Assembly: GCA_964016885.1 (NCBI GenBank)
Contig: OZ024741.1
Coordinates: 173,724,001 to 173,788,000, forward strand
DNA: 64,000 nucleotides
Origin: Eledone cirrhosa
Taxonomy: Eukaryota
Direction: 5' to 3'
Shown: positions 11,921 through 29,599 of the stretch, in pieces
Layout of the letters: each line of letters starts with the position of its first letter
Position numbering within the stretch: position 1 is the stretch's first letter
The notes under the pieces: model-generated
Told to the model about the DNA's origin: nothing
The model's input: only the letters and a program-made list of their open reading frames with translations
The model's database searches: none
Program-made: the position numbers and the translations under genes

Positions 11921-12078
11921 TATATTTCTTTTAACAGCTAAAAAAAGGGGAATGTAAATTTGTTGGAATAGCCTCATACATTGAAGTAAGCAGCAACCAC
12001 AGCAAGTAAGCGGCATTTAGGCCGCTAAAATTGAATATCGCCCATTTTACTCAATAATCACACACACATATATCATTA

Positions 12079-12969
12079 TCTATAAAAGGCAGATTGTTGT
12101 TGTTGTTGTGTGTGTGTGTGTGTGCATGTTCCATGTTTATACATTTGCACAATTTCAAACCGATTCGACCCAAAGTCTGTAAGAATGTTGTAAATGGTCT
12201 AACTTAAGTCAACGACTATTTATTTTCTTCCAACTCACCTCCAATTACGGAAATAATCGATAAAACTAAATACATGACGCTTAACCCTCTAATACAACCT
12301 GATTTCCTCTCTCTCTACTCTACTTAAAAATCGATAAAACTACATACATGCTGCAACTTTCTCTTATATACGCTTAAACCCCCACCTTACAAACTTCCTT
12401 TAGGAACGCGGAAGAAAGAAGAGAGAAAGAAATGAAGGAGAGAGTGAGAGAGAAAAAAAAAAGAAGTGAGTGAGAGAACATTTGTTTTTGAGTGTGTTAG
12501 GAACGCGGAAGGAGGAGAAACAAAGAAAGAAACTAACAACGAAGAGAACTTATTACATTTCATACCAAACAACAATTATTCAAAAGCAACAGATAAATTT
12601 ATTCAACAACAATAAAAAAAGCGAAAAATCCGTTTATTTACTATACACAATAATATCCTCTATGAGGTCATTAAACCTGCTAGAAACAGCAGCTAACTCT
12701 CCCCCATATCACACCCCTCCCTACTGTCTTAAATTTAGAAAACACACATTAGACAACCACCCCTAATGAATAGACAGGATTTCAAACCGATTCGACCAAA
12801 AGTCGGTAAGAATGTTGTAAATAGTCTAACTTAAGTCAACGACTATTTATTTTTTTCAAACTCACCCCCAACTACATTTTGTGTATAACATATTTAAACG
12901 TTTATTGATTGAAAACAGAAACAACATAGGGATTTTTTGACCCCGAGCAGCGCCGGGCTTTAATGCTAG
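12079..12969 (+). mobile_element. non-autonomous Helitron
   Basis: 5' A|TCTATAAAAG, 3' hairpin CCCG...CGGG (12942-12957) then CTAG|T. Internal duplication ~12152-12245 / 12780-12872. Confidence 0.7.
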
Positions 12970-12979
12970 TATATATATA

Positions 12980-13392
12980 TACGAAATAACATTAAGGCAG
13001 ATGTTATGTTTACACAATTGTATTTATTACATTATACGTATTTCAATAACATGGTGGACAGTTATTAAAAGGTTACATCAGTAACTGTCACCAGTGTTAT
13101 ATCACCAGATGTTAACACAATTATGTGAAGTGGCTATGTTGGTGAGTTGATATATTGCAGGAAAAATAGTTCAACCTGGTGTAGAACCAGCAAATATATG
13201 TTCACTGGACTACTTTACCTGCAACATTTCAACATACCAACATTACCGGTTCACATAATTGTGTTAACATCTGATATCACACTTGTGCCAGTTAATGATC
13301 TAACCCTTACATAATAACTACCCAAGTCATTGAAATACGTATAATGTAATAAATACAATTATGTAAACATAACATGACAATGTTATTTCGTA
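12980..13392. repeat. degenerate ~410-bp palindrome resembling a folded-back PLE pseudo-LTR
   Basis: ACGAAATAACAT...CAATTGTATTTATTACATTATACGTATTTCAA is mirrored by TTGAAATACGTATAATGTAATAAATACAATT...ATGTTATTTCGT. It contains a hammerhead-like CTGATGT...GAAATACGTATA. Confidence 0.6.
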
Positions 13393-13679
13393 CAAAGAAA
13401 CTCTCGCGTTTAATCGCCATCACAATGCTGGAAATATACGACTGTCACGGAGTGCATTTAATTGCTTGAACCGGATTATCTTCGTAACGTAAGCATCCTA
13501 ATAATTAGCAACATATCCATGTGTGTGTGAGTGTATGCATATGTATGTGTATGTATATATGTGTATGCATATATATATATGTATATGCATGTATATATAT
13601 ATATGTGTGTGAGTGTATGCATATATATATATATGTGTGTGTGTGTATGTATATATATATATATGTGTGTGTGTGTATG

Positions 13680-13714
<35 letters not shown>

Positions 13715-14494
13715 CGAGTTCAATCGGAGGTAACCACAGTAAGATACTCAATACATTAGGTGTATACAACAAAATTTAATATAATTACAAAACAAGTCAG
13801 CTTGCCTGGTGATTTCCTTCGAATGAAACAGTTCTAGTCCTGTAGAAGCCATTTTTACATTAAATTTTGATGTGTGTGTGTGTGCACACAAACACACAGT
13901 GTATTAATTACATGGGATGAACTCATAGGTATAATTATCTAGGCTATATTCTTAGCTGTCTGGGCTGCTTTAAGTTTGGTGCCCTAAATTTAAGATTTAC
14001 CAATGTAACAACCAAGCCAGTTGCCAGGCTGTAGTGCTCGGAGTGGGGTACTTCAGAACCTTCTGGGTGGACACACTAATTTGTAGCGTAGTTAGGGGAA
14101 GTAAGGGGTGGAGAATGATATACCTAGGTGATACTTTCGTAAGGGAGTCACTGAGCAATATGTTGTATTTTCAGTGGGGGGCGGAGGAAAACTCAGGCTG
14201 CTCTAGTGTCAAATCCGCAATGATTGTAAGATGGATTTTCGGAATAAGCGTATATCACAGTAAATATTTTTAAATCTGAAGGTGCACTATTGAAAAATAG
14301 GGCGTGAAAAGTAGCACCCAATGGCCGCCCCTCTTCCCCCTTTGGTGACTTTATAGACTATACTTAACACACAAACAAAACCTATATCACTCTACGTATA
14401 AAGTTGACAGCATGCCGTTGTCTAGTGCCTGTTGATACAGATATAATAAATCTATTGTTTCTATCGACAAACTTCCTTATTATACATACACATA

Positions 14495-14570
14495 CAGGCT
14501 GTACCTCAAAAATGTATACACACTTTGATTAGAATGCTGTTGAAGTGTGTATGCATTTTTTTTCGACACC

Positions 14571-14573
<3 letters not shown>
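14495..14573. mobile_element. Tc1/mariner-type 79-bp MITE
   Basis: TA|CAGGCTGT..AAAAATGTATACACACTT ... AAGTGTGTATGCATTTTT..ACACCCTG|TA. Confidence 0.6.
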
Positions 14574-19860
<5,287 letters not shown>

Positions 19861-19864
19861 TAGA

Positions 19865-20190
19865 GGTTATATTTAATTTGTTGGGATACAACAAGCAAAA
19901 TATTTTTATAACTGATATAAAGCACTCAACAAATTATTGGAGTAAATATACAATATATTAACAAATGGAAACTATATTTATAAAACCCTATTTATTTCAT
20001 TATACATATTTCAAGGGCCACCAAGGCAAATTATAGTGCGCTTTCATCAGATAAAATATAATATAGGTTAGTTTTATAAATAAATATTGACATACCCTGA
20101 AAAAATGCAACCTTGGTGGCCCTTGAAATATGTATAATGAAATAAATATGGTTTTATAAATATAGTTTCCATTTGTTAATATATTGTATA
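19865..20190 (-). mobile_element. solo PLE pseudo-LTR (Naiad-like family) with hammerhead motif and fold-back end
   Basis: Homologous to 44581-44740 and the reverse complement of 48110-48355. Minus-strand CTGATGA...GAAATATGTATA at 19993-20058. 20112-20190 is an inverted copy of ~19948-20026. Confidence 0.7.
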
Positions 20191-20399
20191 TATATATAAT
20201 AGTGAAAAAAAAAAGAAGTGGGGAAGGCAGATAACAACGATTATTAAGATTTCAAGTTTGTTTTTACTAAGAACAAAAAAAAACAACAAACCTATTCAAT
20301 AAACAAAAGGAAAGTCGTGCGCGCATGTCTATATGTATGTGTGTGTGTGTCGAAATTTATAGCCAGAATATTTTCCTTAACGAAAGAGAAATTGAATTT

Positions 20400-20776
20400 G
20401 TAGATATCGTTCAACTTACCTTGTTGTGTCAGATCAATACCTACCTCAGTCTGATCACTTTTAACATACTTCCATAACAACCGAAAAGTTATCCGTCCCA
20501 TAATGACTGATTTAATCAGTATCGTCAACTGTTAATTTATAGTCATTCTATCTATAGTTAGACGACAGATTCAGGTGATTAACGAAACATAGTAACTAGA
20601 AGAAGAAGAAAATATGCAGTCGCCAGGTGCAATATTATCAAACAGGTCCAATAAAAAAAATTAGTAACAATAATAATAATAGAAAGCCGCCTTGAGAAGT
20701 TAGAAAAAATATTTTCCAGTGGTGTATATTGTCAAACGATGAGGCGATTGTAGTAACCACTAAAATAGTTTCTAGT

Positions 20777-20811
<35 letters not shown>

Positions 20812-21245
20812 TTTAATAAACATATAAGAATTCCGGCACGGAGAAAAGAAAAGTGCGTGAGAAAGAGCTCTAAAAAGAAACGACGTGGTAAGTGGTTGTC
20901 ATGTTACGCAACTATTGTCGTTTCGGTTGCTATAGCTTGCTGTCCCACGTGACCTGCAGAGCGGGAAATCAATGTCCAGAGTTGATTGAGAGATTAAAAG
21001 TTCGGGATAGACTTCAGTGAAAATGTATTTAAAGAATTCTTTTAAAATCAAACAAAAGAGTTTGTCTATATACACTAGAATTTTTAAAATTCGATTCTGT
21101 TGTTGTTTCACCCAGTTTTTGACTATTCTAAAAAATATGAGATATCAGCTCTGAAGTCTCTTGCGTGAAAGAAGAGAGCAAGTAATGTTTCAAATTATTC
21201 AAAAATTATATTTGTTCATTAGTTGTTTAATTCTAGGTAAGCCTG
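20400..21245. promoter_or_regulatory. putative (bidirectional) promoter / first-exon region
   Basis: Unique CpG-retaining sequence with CCCACGTGAC (E-box/CLEAR), GCGGGAAA (E2F) and GTTGCTATAGC (X-box-like) at ~20925-20970. Outward-facing donors: CAAG|GTAAGT (minus, ~20420) and CTAG|GTAAGC (plus, ~21236). Confidence 0.3.
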
Positions 21246-21884
21246 GTAAACCTGCGAACCTCTACAAACCAAAGCGGGGAGTACAATGAAAAAAGAAAAT
21301 GCCCCCAGACTGGAAGAAATGAGGCAAAATGGCGAGATTTTACATAATTATAACTATTTTCACAAGAGAAGACCTCTCACCCACCCCAAAGTGAGTTGGA
21401 GATCCCCCCGTCGGACGGGGAGAATTAACAGGTCTGAAGCCTGATCAAGCAGAGCTATGATTAAAAGTGTATCAACACTTGTACATCTTTGACTATTGAC
21501 CAATGTAACCTTCATTTTTAAAATGACGGTCTGATTTCTAGCAGTTAGGACTACCCCGTAGACGCTGCCTGCCACGTCAGGCTCGTTTAATGGCTGAGAC
21601 AGCGACCGGTAACTATGTTCAAAATAGGGACGTTAGGCATGTGGCTGTATCGCCAACGAGACTTCTTTCATAATATCGCCCAGACTCCGAGCCTTTACTT
21701 TCATTAGTTAGTCTGAGAAGCAGTACCCACTGCCTTTAAAAGGAGAAAGAGGGACAAATATTGGCGATTAATGCTTGAAGAAAGAGCATTGACCGGAAGA
21801 ATCAACTAGAGAGGTACAGTTTGGTAGGGAGACTACAATTTAGTTCTTACAAAAGTTTGGGGTTATATTGTATTCTTCCAGCCC

Positions 21885-22045
21885 CCTTCATCGAATTGGT
21901 CGGGTCGTCAAAACGTCGAATAGAATGCTTTGCGATATTCGTTCCGGCTCTCTGCACTGTGTTCAAATCTCGCTGAAGTCGACCTTGCCTTTCATTATTT
22001 TGGGGTCGATAAAAATCGTACCAGTCCAGCACTAGGGTCTATTCC
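21885..22045 (+). mobile_element. tRNA-derived SINE
   Basis: GTTCAAATCTCGCTGAAGTCGACCTTGCCTTTCAT...GGGGTCGATAAAA..GTACCAGT. Confidence 0.7.
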
Positions 22046-22539
22046 TCCCCAACTCTTTCTGGAAGAAATTGGTTGCATTTAGACGACCAGGCTCTGTCAA
22101 GTTAAAAATGCCCAAGATACGTTGCATGTCACTACGAAGTTCCTCGGGAGTTACGGGTCCATATACACAATAACACCATAACAACATTAGGAATTTGCTA
22201 ATATTATCTTTATTCTTTGGACAAGTATGGTTCCTAAACTTATTGCGATACATAACCCTTACACGATCCCACCACAACACTAATTTTAATAAGACTTTAA
22301 ATGAAGTAGAATTTCGACCCTAGTGCTTGATTGGTACGATTCATATAAGAAAAAACGAATATGCTACTTTGCCGGTAAAATAGACAAACATGCCTTTTAA
22401 GCTTATTTTACCGGTCCCCGGTAAATATGAATATTGTTAGTGATGGGTTTGGGTTAGAGTTTAAATTTGTGATGAAAATAAATAAACTTCTGTGTTAAAT
22501 CTGTGTATTGTTATTTTTAACATTACCTGCCTTCATAAT

Positions 22540-22795
22540 AATTGTTTCAACTTTTGGCACAAGGCCAGAAATTATCCCAGTGCTTTACTGGTACTTTATG
22601 TTATCGACCCCGTAAGGTTGAAAGGCAAAGTTAACCTCGGCGGGAATAATGGTTTCTGATTTAGGCACAAGGCCAACAATTTTGTGAGAGGGAAAGTCAA
22701 ATAAATCTACCTCAGTGCATTACTTTATCGACCTCGTAAGGACGAAAGGCAAAGCTAACCTCGACATGATTTGAACTCAGACTGCAAAGGGCCAC
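22540..22795 (-). mobile_element. two tandem SINE copies
   Basis: Two GGCACAAGGCC...TTATCGACC.CGTAAGG..GAAAGGCAAAG.TAACCTCG blocks. Confidence 0.75.
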
Positions 22796-23909
22796 ATTTG
22801 TAGCATGATTAACTTCGAAATTGCGTGCAGTAATGAACGTGTAGCGGCCCCTTACGGCTCTGACTCAGCACGTATGGGAGTTGCGTCCCTTTACGACGGT
22901 CGTAACTCAGCACGTATAGGAGTTACGTCTCTTTGCGACGGGCGCGACTCCCATTGGCAGATTCATGTATTAAATGGAGTTGCGTTCCCCTGGGGACTAT
23001 ATATTTGAGGACAATCAAAGCATAAGCCTCTCTCGCATCCTGAACTTCGAAGGGACAAGAACACCTGAGACCTTATCAAGAGATGACTCCTGTCTCACTT
23101 CCTTCGCCCGCAAGAAGAAGAATACCGGCAGCCTAAAGAAATACTTGAACACCTCCAAGAGAAGATTTCTGTTCTTCTCTACACACTCCAGTCTGGGAGT
23201 TGTGACCAACTGAACATCTACATGTGGTAACAATTATTTATATTAATTTATTTGACTTTTGTGAAATAAAACCATGTCACAACACTCACCTGCATTTATT
23301 GTCATTCTTGATAATATATATATATACACTGATACTAATCACCTAAATTGGTGACCTGACGTTTAAAAAAAAAAAAAATGGGAAATGGTACCATGTGTAT
23401 ATAAGAAAAAAGAGAGAGAAAAAAACATTTAATACAGAACAACACACTTGATTCTGATATGGCTGTATTGACCGATCTAAACATATTTCTCTGTAACACT
23501 TAACATCAAACTCTTCATAAGTGCAGAAGGAACACCCAAAGTTATTTACACACAAACAAACAGCAATTGTATGAATGTTTTTTCTTTTTTTTTTCTCCTT
23601 TTCTTTTCTTCTTTTCTCTGGCTAAAAATTTTGAGGATGACAAGATGACGGCTTTCTTCTCCATCAATAGTGTTTTTGGCGCGAAATAGTCCGCCATGTT
23701 GGTTTTAGTTTTAAGTTCCCTGCCTATACCTTATTAATGACATCGCTCGGTTAGTCGCTCCTTTGCATATTGTCTCGGATGCATTCTTTTTCCTGTCCAG
23801 TTGTTTGACAGAGAAAAATAAGCGATTTTGTTTTCCTTTTCTGTTGTGTTGGAGACATTTTTCCAACGGAGACGATTTTTTTGGGGGGCAAATTACCTAC
23901 GGTATACCA

Positions 23910-24716
23910 ATGGCATCTCATTCTGTTCTACCTACGTACACGGACGACGTAAGGCTATGGTTCACCTAACTCGAAGCATTTTTCGAGGCGAACAGAATTG
24001 ACGAAGCACAACAAGGTCCTCTGGTCCTTAGTGCAATTCCGCCGGCACTTATCCCAGCGATTAAGGACCTGGTGTTAGAGACACCCACCGACGAGACGTA
24101 CAAGTCTCTGAAGGCTGAAATACTCAGCCGGACTGTACAGTCTGCAGAAAAAAGATTTAGGGCTCTGGTCCATCTGGAGCATATAGGTGATGGCACCCCA
24201 TCGAACCTCCTAAGGCGAATGAAGGACCTAACGGAGGGGTCGGTAGCGGAAACTGCCATGCTGAAGCAGTTGTTCTTCTCGCGCCTACCGACCAACGTAC
24301 AGGAAATTTTGGCCCCCATTAGGGATACTTGCACGGTGGATCAGCTTGCCGCCTCTGCGAACAAAGTTTTCGAAGTTACGGGTGCTGGAGGCAGCGAAGC
24401 CCTTGCCGCTGTTTCCCAACCAACTCAAGCCACACCTGGCCATGCCATCTGCGCGGCAGCTCCTGTAGACAGCTCAGCTATTATGGCGATGCAGAAGGCC
24501 ATTCAGGAACTCACCCTGGAGCTCCAGAAGATGAAGGCCTGGTGTGGTGCCCGTTCGCGCCCCCGCAGCCGCGGGAGATCGCAATCTTTTAGACGTCGTT
24601 CCAAGTCACCAGGTTCATCTTTATGCTGGTACCATGAGAGATTTCCCGAGAGCGCGAACCACTGCGTGCAACCTTGCTCGTTTCATAAGGCGGGGAACGC
24701 CAAAGAGGTCCGCTGA
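23910..24716 (+). pseudogene. gag: Gypsy gag (premature stop at 23967-23969)
   Basis: MASHSVLPTY..DVRLWFT*LEAFF...YKSLKAEIL...GDGTPSNLLRRM...LFFSRLP...CWYHERF..SANHCVQPCSF. Confidence 0.85.
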
Positions 24717-24749
24717 CGGAGGCAGTTGACCTCAACATAAAGCCACCAA

Positions 24750-27700
24750 ACTGCCATTTCTTCATTAAGGACCTTAGGTCGGGAAGAGGTTTCCTCGTGG
24801 ATACAGGAGCCTCCTGTAGTATTTTGCCGGTCCATTGCCTGAAAGATACCCCCGTAGAGTCATCCGTTACTCTGCATGCCGTTAACCACTCGTCTATCAA
24901 GATGTACGAGCAAATCTCGCTTCCTCTCAAATTCCTAAATCTTCGTAGGGATTTTAAGTAGATTTTTACGGTTGCCGATTTTCCATATCCTACCTTAGGA
25001 GTGGATTTCCTCCACAACTTCTCTTTGACTGTGGACGTCCGTGGCCAACGCCTGGTGGATGACATCACTGGTTTTTCAATTTATTGGCCGGAAAGCCAAT
25101 GCTCGAACTGTCAGCCCCATATTCTTCATCGCTGCCGCTGGAGACGCTTACCATTCGTTGTTAGGTTCTTTCCCGGAGCTCACCGATGGAAATTTTCGAG
25201 TCTCTAAGCCAACACACTCAACTGAACATTTCATTTCCACCACCGGTGCTCCAGTATTTTCGCGTCCACGCCGCTTACCGGCGGACAAATTAAAGGCAGC
25301 ACGGTCCGAGTTCGACCATATGCTGCAGCTGGGCATTATTCGCCCATCTACGAGTCCTTGGGCTTCACCGTTACACATGGTGCCCAAGACTTCCGGCGAC
25401 TGGAGACCCACTGGGGATTATAGAAGGTTAAATGCTATGACCGTCCCAGATAGGTATCCCATTTACATCTCCAGGATTTCTTATCTTCATTGCAGGAGTG
25501 TAAGATTTTCTCAAAACTAGATTTAGTGCGAGCCTACCACCAAATTCCGGTCAGGAAGGAGGATATTCCAAAAACGGCGATTACAACTCCTTTCGGATCC
25601 TTCGAATTTTTGACCATGCCTTTCGGACTCAGGAACGCCGCTAGCACTTTTCAGCGGTTCATAGACGAAATCACTCGTGGTCTGGACTTCGTTTATGCTT
25701 ACATAGACGATATTCTCGTCGCTAGTTCCTCTCCGGAAGAGCATATGCGCCACATGCATCTCTTATTTCGGCGACTTCAGGATTACCGCGTTCGTGTGAA
25801 TCCCGCAAAGTGTGTTTTCGGTTCCACTTCGCTAAATTTTTTAGGCCACCTCATCGACGCCGAAGGTATTAGGCCGCTCCCTCAGCGAATTCAAGCCATA
25901 CAGGATTTACCTCCGCCTACTACACTTCACCAGTCGCGTCACTTCTTAGGCCTAATCAATTTCTATAGGCGTTTCGTTCCTCATTGTGCTAATTTGTTAT
26001 CTTCCCTTACTGACATTTTGAAAAATCGTAACAAGAATGAGGATATTTCCTTGACGCAAGGACAGCTTCAAGACTTCCAGACTACCAAGACAGCACTCGC
26101 TAGTTCATCTTTGCTAGCCCACCCGGTACCAGAGACCAAGCTTTCGCTTTGTGTTGATGCATCTGATACCGCTGTGGGAGCAGTTTTACAGCAGTTCAAC
26201 ACTGGAAACCAACAACCTTTTGCATTTTTCTCGAGGAAGCTGAAACCAGCAGGAACGCGTTACAGCACGTTTGGGCGGGAATTATTAGCCATATATCTGT
26301 CGGTGAAACATTTCTTTCATATTCTTGAGGGGAGAAATTTTACTGTTTTAACCGACCACAAACCTCTGACCTTCGCTTTGAGGGCTAAAGCCGACAGATA
26401 TTCGCCCAGAGAGACAAGGCACCTGGATTACGTTTCGCAATTTACAATGATATCCAGCACATTACTGGCTCGCATAACATAGCTGCAGACGCATTGTCAC
26501 GTTTGCCAATCAGCTCCATCTCGTCATCCCAGGAGATCGACTTAGGTCGTTTAGCTGCAGACTAACCTGCACTCCAATCGTTGGATACTCTTTCTGCCGA
26601 ATTTGCGACTTGCATCTTCAAATATCTGCCCTTGTCTACCACGGACAGGCAAATTCTATGTGATGAATCTACGGATTCACCACGACCACTTGTTCCTGAG
26701 ACTCACCGTCGAATTGTGTTCCTTGCTTTGCACAACATTTCTCACCCAGGAATTTCTGCCACAGTAAAGCTTATAACGGCTAGATTTTTCTGGCCCAATA
26801 TGAGGCGATAAATTACTGTCTGGTGCCGTTCCTGCACACAGTGTCAGAGATCTAAAATCCACAGACACATCCAGACTCCGCTTGGTACTTTCAGTACACC
26901 TGATGCTCGGTTTCAGCACATACACATTGATATCGTTGGACCTTGGCCATTCAGCAGTGGATATTCGTACCTCTTGACCTGTATCGATCATTTTTAGCGA
27001 TGGCCTGAAGCCATCCCCTTACAAGATATAATTGCTGAGACTGTAGCGCGTGTCCCGGTATTAGGGTAGATTACCCGCTTTGGGGTACCAACTACAGTCA
27101 CCACAGACCGTGGTAGACAATTTGAGTCTCATCTTTTCTCTGAGCTCACAAAGATCATTGGCGCTCAACGGATTCGGACCACAGCCTATCATCCTGCTTC
27201 AAACGGAATGGTGGAACGATTCCACCGCCAATTAAAGGCCGCTCTTCGCGCCTATCCAGACTCTCAACGTTGGAGCGAGTACCTTCCTATTGTGTTGTTA
27301 GGAATTCGGTCATCAATAAAGGAGGACATTGGGTTCTCCCCGGCCGAATTACTGTATGGTGCTCTTCTAGCGTTGCCTGGGCAAATGCTTGCCCCGTTGA
27401 TCTTGCTTTCCAGGACCCTGTTTCCTACGTATCTCGTTTGCGCTCCTATTTTCAGGACTTACCGCCCATGAATACTAGGAAACAGAATGTTAAAGCTGCA
27501 GTCCCGAGGGATATTGCCTCGTGGACACATGTATTCGTCAGAAACGATGCGGTTTACTCCACCCCTCACACAACCGTACCCTGGACCCTACCGTGTGTTA
27601 GCACGTACTGACAAACATTTCACTGTAGACATTAAGGGGTCGAGAGAGACAATTTCGGTGGATAGACTAAAAAGGGCATACAATGACGCTCATACACCCG

Positions 27701-27840
27701 AGCCACAAATACCCCAATCTTTCTCTCTTGTGCATACACCTGCTCCTTCTGGCCCACCTTCACCTACATACAAGACCACGATCCGTTCCGGTCGAAGAGT
27801 CCACTGGCCCCAAAAAACTCTGCCAAACTGTTTTCATGTG
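24750..27840 (+). pseudogene. pol: Gypsy pol (PR-RT-RH-IN) with stops and frameshifts
   Basis: [94 protein letters not shown] and PYPGPY motifs. Confidence 0.9.
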
Positions 27841-28619
27841 AACTGGCCACTGGACCCTTATTTTTTTTTCTCTTTATTGTATTACCATGTACCTTTCGTT
27901 ACCATTTCATGCCTGTACCTTCTCGTTACCATTTCATACCTGTGCTGGGAGCCCATGCTTGTGGGTTCGCTACAGTTACCTTCGGGCTTTTCGCCTAGCG
28001 TCTGGAGGAGGGTACTGTAGCGGCCCCTCACGGCTCTGACTCAGCACATATGGGAGTTGCGTCCCTTTACGGCGGTCGTAACTCAGCACGTATAGGAGTT
28101 ACGTCTCTTTGCGACGGGCGCGACTCCCATTCGCAGATTCATGTATTAAATGGAGTTGCGTCCCCCTGTGGACTATATATTTGAGGACAATCAAAGCATA
28201 AGCCTCTCTCGCATCCTGAACTTCGAAGGGACAAGAACATCTGACACCTTGTCAAGAGATGACTCCTATCTTACTTCCTTCGCCCGCAAGAAGAAGAATA
28301 CCGGCAGCCTAAAGAAATACTTGAACACCTCCAAGAGAAGGTTTCTGTTCTTCTCTACACACTCCAGTCTGGGAGTTGTGATCAACTGAACATCTACATG
28401 TGGTAACAATTATTTATATTAATTTATTTGACTTCTGTGAAGTAAAACCATGTCACAACACTCACCTGCATTTATTGTCATTCTATATAATATAATATAT
28501 ATTCACTGATACTAATCTCCTAAAAACGGAAAGGAATACATGTATAGTTGTAGTGTGCCATGTGTGCTAATGTGGTATAATTATTTATATGTGGCAATGT
28601 GTGTAAATGTAGTATTTAA

Positions 28620-28828
28620 GCCTTTAGCATTTAAACCGACCATATCCGACCAGCATTTTCTCACCTCTTTCTGTTCAAACCAGCTGTAACTGGCCACTCA
28701 TACTGATGTTAAGCTATTGATCTCAAAATAAAAAAACATCAAAATCTCATAAATTCAATATTATGTGAGATAAAGCCCTTACTACGAAAATACAATAGTA
28801 AATATAGAATAATGTAAATGATAAAGGG
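28620..28828 (-). mobile_element. TTAA-inserting (piggyBac-like) MITE
   Basis: Family match to 2461-2681, with TTAA flanks. Confidence 0.75.
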
Positions 28829-29599
28829 TTAACTTTACCAGTGTTGCAGTATTTTTTCAGCTCATATCGACACCAAAGGCTGGCTAGCGAAAGTGTGTGT
28901 CTGTGTATGTTATTTCCTTGCAAGGCTGAATGAACGAACTATCTCTCTTAGAGTTGAAAAGCAGATTGTCTTTCCACAAGGGAACTCTTTTTACCTTTCC
29001 CCCGTGTATAATTGGTGCAGTTAGTCCTTCCACCAGAAAGCGTTATCTAAATGTGTGGCTCTGAGGTCGTAGGTCAGTCTTAAGATGGTTGAGTGTGACA
29101 GACTAAGAAAAACATCGTGAGAAAATGTGTCGAGATTTCCCTATACTTCTATCTGAAAACTAATTTTCATTGCCTTATTTGTTATGAAAGTATTACAGGT
29201 GAAGATAAATTCAATCCAACATCCTTGAACGATATTGGAGCACCTTTAGAATATAAATATGCTTAAACGTCGTCTTAGTGTTATCGCCAATTAAATATAG
29301 TAGTTGTTTTTTAGCCCCCTACAAACTTTGATCTAGGGAGTTCTTGTGATCATCTAATCTTTCTTGAGACAATGAATTTAGGAATACATTATTTAATGTG
29401 TCATTCACATTGATACTGTAAGCAATTTCCACACTTCGCATTATATTTCGAACACCTACAATAAAATTGATAGAATTAGCTTTTTGACCATCTTTAAGTC
29501 CTCCAGGACAATGTTTTCGCCATCCTGTCGACCAGAACCACGAGGTGGACGACATATTAGGGCAGGAGTAGGGTGGCTGTCTTCAGGCGAAAGGGTTAA

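Larger units (their letters stand above)
10310..12042. mobile_element. fold-back non-autonomous DNA transposon (Pack-type, Merlin- or MULE-like) carrying host and LINE fragments in both arms
   Basis: Arms 10310-11092 and 11252-12042 are near-identical reverse complements with a 159-bp spacer. Termini GGCGATAT...ATATCGCC; 8-bp TSD CATTTTAC at 10302-10309 and 12043-12050. Confidence 0.9.
22840..28524 (+). mobile_element. full-length, decayed Gypsy LTR retrotransposon
   Basis: LTRs 22840-23347 and 28016-28524 (about 20 differences by eye), 4-bp TSD AACG, tRNA-Trp-like PBS TGGTGACCTGACGT at 23349, PPT CTGGAGGAGGGTAC before 28016. Confidence 0.95.
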
